Shown here piece after piece: positions 61,008 through 64,000 of a stretch of DNA of 64,000 bases. Numbering within the stretch: position 1 is the first letter of the stretch; each line of letters starts with the position of its first letter. This stretch comes from Lama guanicoe. Taxonomy: Eukaryota. The stretch lies in assembly GCA_013239625.1 (NCBI GenBank), contig MU053379.1:3826866-3890865 (forward strand), in the 5' to 3' direction. The notes beneath the pieces were generated by a model. It did no database searches. It saw only the letters and a list, made by a program, of their open reading frames with translations, and was not told where the DNA came from. Both the position numbers and the translations under genes were made by a program.

Positions 61008-61120
61008 TTTTAATAAGATTTTTTCTTTCTTTTTTCCCCCCTTAACAGAGGCACTGGGGATTGAACCCGGGACCTCGTGCATGCCAAGCACATGCTCTGC
61101 CACTGACCCACCCCCTCCCC
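61008..61120 (-). mobile_element. tRNA-derived SINE (Vic-1-like) with TSD
   Basis: ACTGGGGATTGAACCCGGGACCTCGTGCATGC..CTCTGCCACTGA..CCCTCCCC; TSD CTGTGTATTTT and CTGTGCATTTT. Confidence 0.9.
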
Positions 61121-63694
61121 CTGTGCATTTTCAGCAGTGGTGGGAAAGCCCTCTGAGGGCGGTCGTGGGGGCCCCCGGAGCGAATCAGCAGGCCAGGGAC
61201 CGGCAGGCAGGCTTTTTTTACACTTGATTTGCAACAGATCAAGGTGTCCCGGGTCTTCCGAGCTCTCTAACGAGAAGCTGCAGCAGGTGGGCGGCAGGAG
61301 GGGGCGGTCATGGGCCCCAGGATGACGGCTGAGGACTCCAAAGCGGCCGTCTCCCGTGAACTCGCCCCACTCCTCAGGGGGAGTGCTGGCTTCACTTCCC
61401 TTCTTCCCCGGTGGTTGGCCGTAGGTCCGCAGGGCGGCTCTTCTTGAAGAGGGGAGAGAAAGCTATGAACTTGCACCTCAGGTTCCAGGGAAACTCGCCA
61501 AGTCCGTGTGGAAGGGCTTGTTGACCCTGAAGGTCTGGTACCAACTAGGTCCCGGGAAGCTTGACTTTGAAGAAGCCACAGCGATGCGTCCCTTTGCCTC
61601 AGGGCTGCTTGGAGAAATGTCACTCAAGTCAGGAGACCCTCTGGAAACCTGAAGAAGACACCTGTGGGCCTTCCTCTGTCCATCCTGACGCTTTTATGAG
61701 TAGAATGGTGGGGAAGCTTCCCAAGTGTCACGTGACAGAAGGTTTAATGGTCCCCAGGTCATCCTTGGAGAGGACGACTAGCTCCTGGTGGACCAGGTCA
61801 GCTGGTGGATTCCAAAGTCACTTGGTGAGTCTCTCTGTGGAAGTAAATATGAGGAAAAACTGACCTTAAAACCCTAAAGTTAATTTACCCACAGAAGCGT
61901 CTTTCCTTAGTCCCATTTTTTCTGAAGCGTAGAAGGATAACGATGGTGAGGGTGTGAATCCCAATGACCTCTCTTCATATGTGAACCCAGTTTTCTGGTA
62001 GATATTAACTGTAAGTTTAAACGGTTGTGCCAGTGTGTTTCCTCACATACAATGAAGTATGAAAGTTAGCGCTGGCGGGTTCTGTAAGGACCAGCACGAT
62101 GCCCGGAGCCCGGCGGACCCTCGGGAACGTCAGCTCCGTCTCACCTCCAGGTTTCTGAGCTCTGTGGAGCAGCTAGCGTTATGTTCCCTGTTATTATGTG
62201 ATGGTTTTGAAACGTAATTCTGTGTTAAAGACTTGGTGCTCAATCCAGTCTCTAAAATACCTTAATTCCAAATTCAAATCTAATCATAAACATATAGCCT
62301 GCTTCTCATTTAACATCATGAACGGACGAGTGTGTGATCAGAGGCTGCATTTTCGGAACAAGCTCTGGGGGTCATTACAATCAGAATAATTTCTGAATCT
62401 TTCTTTTTTTTTTCACATCTGCTCCTGAAGAATTGATTGGAGGGAACGAAACGCCCTTGTAGATCTTTGTTTTATTTAGATTTGATTACCTTATTAAACT
62501 GGAGAATGTAATTTTTATTCTCTTCACAAACTGCCCAGTTGTGCATCACTGACGGTTATAAGAGAAATGCAATGTGGATTTGATCCTGAGCAGGTCCTGC
62601 TGCCCCAGTGGCTTCCCCACACATGTGGTTCCCTGAAATTCGTGAGTGATCTGGGGAAGGATGCTTGAGGCAGGAGCAGGGATTCCGTTTTGTCATAGTG
62701 CCCAGGCTAGGAGTCTGCAGCTGAGTGACAGTGACAGTGACAACACGAGGTGCCTTGTAGTCACTGAGCAGGCGTCCTGATGGAGGGAGGGGAGCTGAAC
62801 CTGCCGGGGGCCTTGGCTCTGCTCTCGGGAGACCGTCCCCTCCCCCTCTTCCCTCGGGTCCTCCTCCCTCTGCCCTTGTCCTTTCCTTCTTAAGGAGACT
62901 CGCTCACCCGTGGGCTCTCTTCTCCCTGAAGTTTTCTGCTGGGAACTCCCATTTCCTGCCTGCTGACGGTCCCAGTTTAAACTCTCCTCAGTGCCCACCT
63001 TTCCAGTTCCTGTCTCCCGTTAGCGATTCCCGGGTACTGGCTTGTGCGGGCATGACGCTGGGTACCACTCCTACCCGTGCCGGCACGCGTAAGCGTGGCC
63101 CACGGCCCGTGCGGTGAAGGCTGTCCTGTCTGAAAGCAGACTGCTGCCTGGCTCCACCGCCACGGATCTTCCTCTGTGGGTCTGAGGGTGCAGCTGCGGC
63201 TGGGGATGCTGGTCGCTTCCTGCATGACTCTGCTGGGTAGTCAGGGTTGAGAATCGCCACTCTCATTGTCCCAGTGTCTGAGATGCCTCGGCTCTCCCAT
63301 TTAAGGGCCCAAACTCATTAGCGGTTATACAGAGTCCTTCAAGACCTCAGCCCCTCTCCCCCACCCCACCCCAGCCCCCTGGCTCTCAGCTGCCCTGGAC
63401 ACCAGCCAAACTCCCGCCTCCTGCTCAGATGGCTTGCATGACCCCAAGCCACTCCCTCCTGGGGACAGGCCTGGGGCAGCCTGACAGTGCCCGAAGAATT
63501 TCTCTGGCTCCCTCCTTCCTGTGACACAGAGAAATTTCCAGCCTCCTGCAAAGGTTTCTCTTATTTCTACCAAGCTCCCAACTGGGGTCTGACGTGTCCT
63601 GCTGTCCTCCTCCACAGACTGAGATCTTCTGGAGGGCGGGCAGGGCGGGGCCTGAGCCTTTTCACAAGAATGTCATCAGCACTGCCTTGCAGTT

Positions 63695-63860
63695 GCAGGC
63701 TCAGTGAACATTTGCTGAATGAATGAGTGAGCAAATGTATGAATGGATATATGAATGATGAATGAATACCAAGACTCTATGAATGAATGAGCAAATAAAT
63801 GACAGAATGAACAAGCAAATGAATGTGTGAATGAATAAACAATTGTGGATGAATGAATGT
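63695..63860 (+). repeat. L2 tail with degenerate (GAAT)n expansion
   Basis: CAGGCTCAGTGAACATTTGCTGAATGAATGAGTGA followed by about 140 bp of TGAA-like units. Confidence 0.75.
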
Positions 63861-64000
63861 ACGACTGCCACACGACCACGGCCCCGTGGTGCTGAGTCCA
63901 CCGTCCAGACTTCCTACTGTTCTCTGCGATGTTTCACAAGTTTCTGACTCCCCGCTCCCTGATCGTGACTCTAAGACTGGGGAGTGTGTGTGTGTGTGTA

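Overview
Mammalian genomic DNA. It is probably camelid, inferred from three tRNA-derived SINEs resembling Vic-1 and from artiodactyl-type L1 3' ends. The window is GC- and CpG-rich and repeat-dense, and I recognise no known protein-coding gene in it. Nearly all ORFs in the six-frame track are chance ORFs or L1 remnants. Well-supported content: two independent ERV1-type solo LTRs of one family, each with its own 4-bp TSD and differing in the number of CCAAT boxes; many L1, MIR, L2, MaLR/ERVL and hAT fragments; about seven CpG-rich patches; and several homeobox-motif-dense stretches that look like enhancers. The most interesting lead, still unproven, is a chain of + strand splice signals from about 0.9 to 29.6 kb. 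These can be assembled into a small multi-exon gene in which a 55-nt cassette exon would switch the downstream exons between two open frames (99 aa or 127 aa). Some repeats show strong local AT-to-GC drift. Repeat family names come from my memory of consensus sequences, not from a search, and most repeat boundaries are approximate.
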